Below are positions 62,326 through 64,000 of a stretch of 64,000 bases of DNA, piece by piece. A program made the translations under genes and the position numbers. A model generated the notes under the pieces. That model was not told where the DNA came from and made no database searches. It was given only the letters and a program-made list of their open reading frames with translations. The number at the start of each line of letters is the position of its first letter. Positions within the stretch are counted from its first letter, which is position 1. The DNA is taken from contig CM068749.1 in NCBI GenBank assembly GCA_035084275.1, positions 11,284,001-11,348,000 on the forward strand. Reading direction: 5' to 3'. This DNA is from Hydrolagus colliei. Its lineage: Eukaryota.

Positions 62326-64000
62326 TGTAAGTTTCTAATACGTTATCACTTTCAAACATCTCCAAATGCTACACGGGTAATTCCTGTCAAGTGAATGACT
62401 TTAGCAGTTAATTAGATCTGTGCAGAGCAAGATCCTGCAAACAATACTGAGGGGAATGACCAATTAATTGTTTCAACATCTCATCCGAAACACCACTGAT
62501 TATTTCAATTCCATCTTAATTCAGTCAAACACAAAGTTATCAATTGTGAAGGCTATTTTTAAAAAAAATTATGCCACACTGGTTGTACTTAGCTTTAACC
62601 TCAACGCATTTTACATGCAGTTAACATTCTTTTTTTAAGTTCTGCATCATCTGTCACCATGATTGCTATTTAAAGTGGTCATTAGAATTATAGTTATTAG
62701 GTTCCATCTAATGATCTGCTGTCAGGCTAAAAAGTCAGTGAGAAAAAACAAACGAATTGTTGTGCAGATTTATACTGTTAGCGCTTTGAATGGCCTTTCT
62801 AATGCAGTGGTAAATCACAGACCGAGGTTTTCTATGCTGTTCATTAAGGTGATGAATGATGGTAGTAGGAATTGGTTAGATTCAGTAGCGACTGAGGCAT
62901 CTGTTCAATCACTGTCTTTCATCATGAAGACCCAAGTGCCGATCCAACCAAAATGGGACGATGGAGCTCTCTTCTACAATTACAAGTGAACTTATCCAAT
63001 ACAGTAGCGAGCACAGAACTGCCCAAATCTCACATAACAACAGTAGGATGGACCCAGACTGGCAGGATTCCAGTTCCATTTCATTTGCCACAAGTAAAAT
63101 ATATTATTCAGGCCAGTTACAGTGACACTGCTAAATATTAGAACTATTGGGAGGAGCCTGCATGGGATATTCATACAGTGTGAAGAATAAGGGTCAAGGT
63201 GCATTGTCAGAGCAGAGTAATGTTCTTCACCCACGCCAGGATCCTTGTTTCTGTATGAAAAGGGAACTGTACAGTAAGCTTTGTGTATTATCTTGGAATT
63301 TAGGAACAACAGGCAACTCTACATAATTCTAGCCTTCATAACTGACTGTTTCATATTCTTTGTATTTGAAAAGTTTTTGCTTAATTCAATTCATTGCCAT
63401 TGTCCTGCATTAAGCTCTGCTCAGATTTCGTTAGGCTTGATCTATCATGGGGAACTTTTATAGGTTTGCTTTCAATCTCTCTTTTTGCCCTCTGCACAAC
63501 TTTGAATCAGATCATATGAATTGTGCTTAACTGCTCTCTGATACTCCATTCTGATACTGTGCAGGTGGATCTCACCCTCACAGGATCCAGTAGATCATGC
63601 TCTGCCTGTTTTTATCCAGTCGATACCCATTAAAAATATTGAATGTCCAATTCCGTATCTATAAGCAACAAACCAAATGAAACCCGAGCCTTGTTTAACA
63701 TGGCGAATATTTAGACTTGGAATGAGACTATTTAGACTATTCCAGTGACTCGCACAATCCATACTGAAAGTTGCTGTTTAACAGTAAAGTACATGTATAC
63801 TGTAGTGTTGAATGCTTGATAAGAGCAAGTAGAAACTAATCTCGACTCATAAGCATTGAATATGACATATTGAATATGATGCAGTCAATTCACTTTACAG
63901 TATACAGTATTGATGAAAACATTCTGATATCTATTTGATCATCAATGCTTCTAACACTTTTTGGGGTCCACACCCCCAAGCAGGGTCTTTCAGCAATACC

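Noticed and set aside
58088-64000. Expected next NOS1AP exon (SQAMRIVRTVGQAFEVCHK)
   Set aside because: Not found by eye; it probably lies beyond the window end.

Overview
Vertebrate genomic DNA, mostly intronic. The repeat content suggests a cartilaginous fish, possibly a holocephalan such as the elephant shark (inference only). The window lies inside NOS1AP (CAPON) on the + strand. Three short coding exons for the PTB domain (40253-40345, 48103-48161, 57979-58087; equivalent to human exons 3-5) have canonical AG/GT sites and compatible phases. None of them appears in the supplied ORF track, whose ORFs look spurious or repeat-derived. The introns contain two related tRNA-headed SINE families (one with a Deu-like core and a younger one without it), L2 and CR1 LINE 3' fragments and a Tigger-like MITE. 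There are also two copies of a Penelope-like unit with a minimal hammerhead-ribozyme motif; one is a fold-back insertion with an 11-bp target-site duplication, in the sense orientation of the pre-mRNA. Other oddities are a perfect 22-bp-arm palindrome, a YCAY-rich minisatellite after exon 5 and several repeat-free candidate regulatory blocks. Repeat boundaries are approximate and family names come from recalled consensus motifs, not from a search. I did not find a clearly new gene system.
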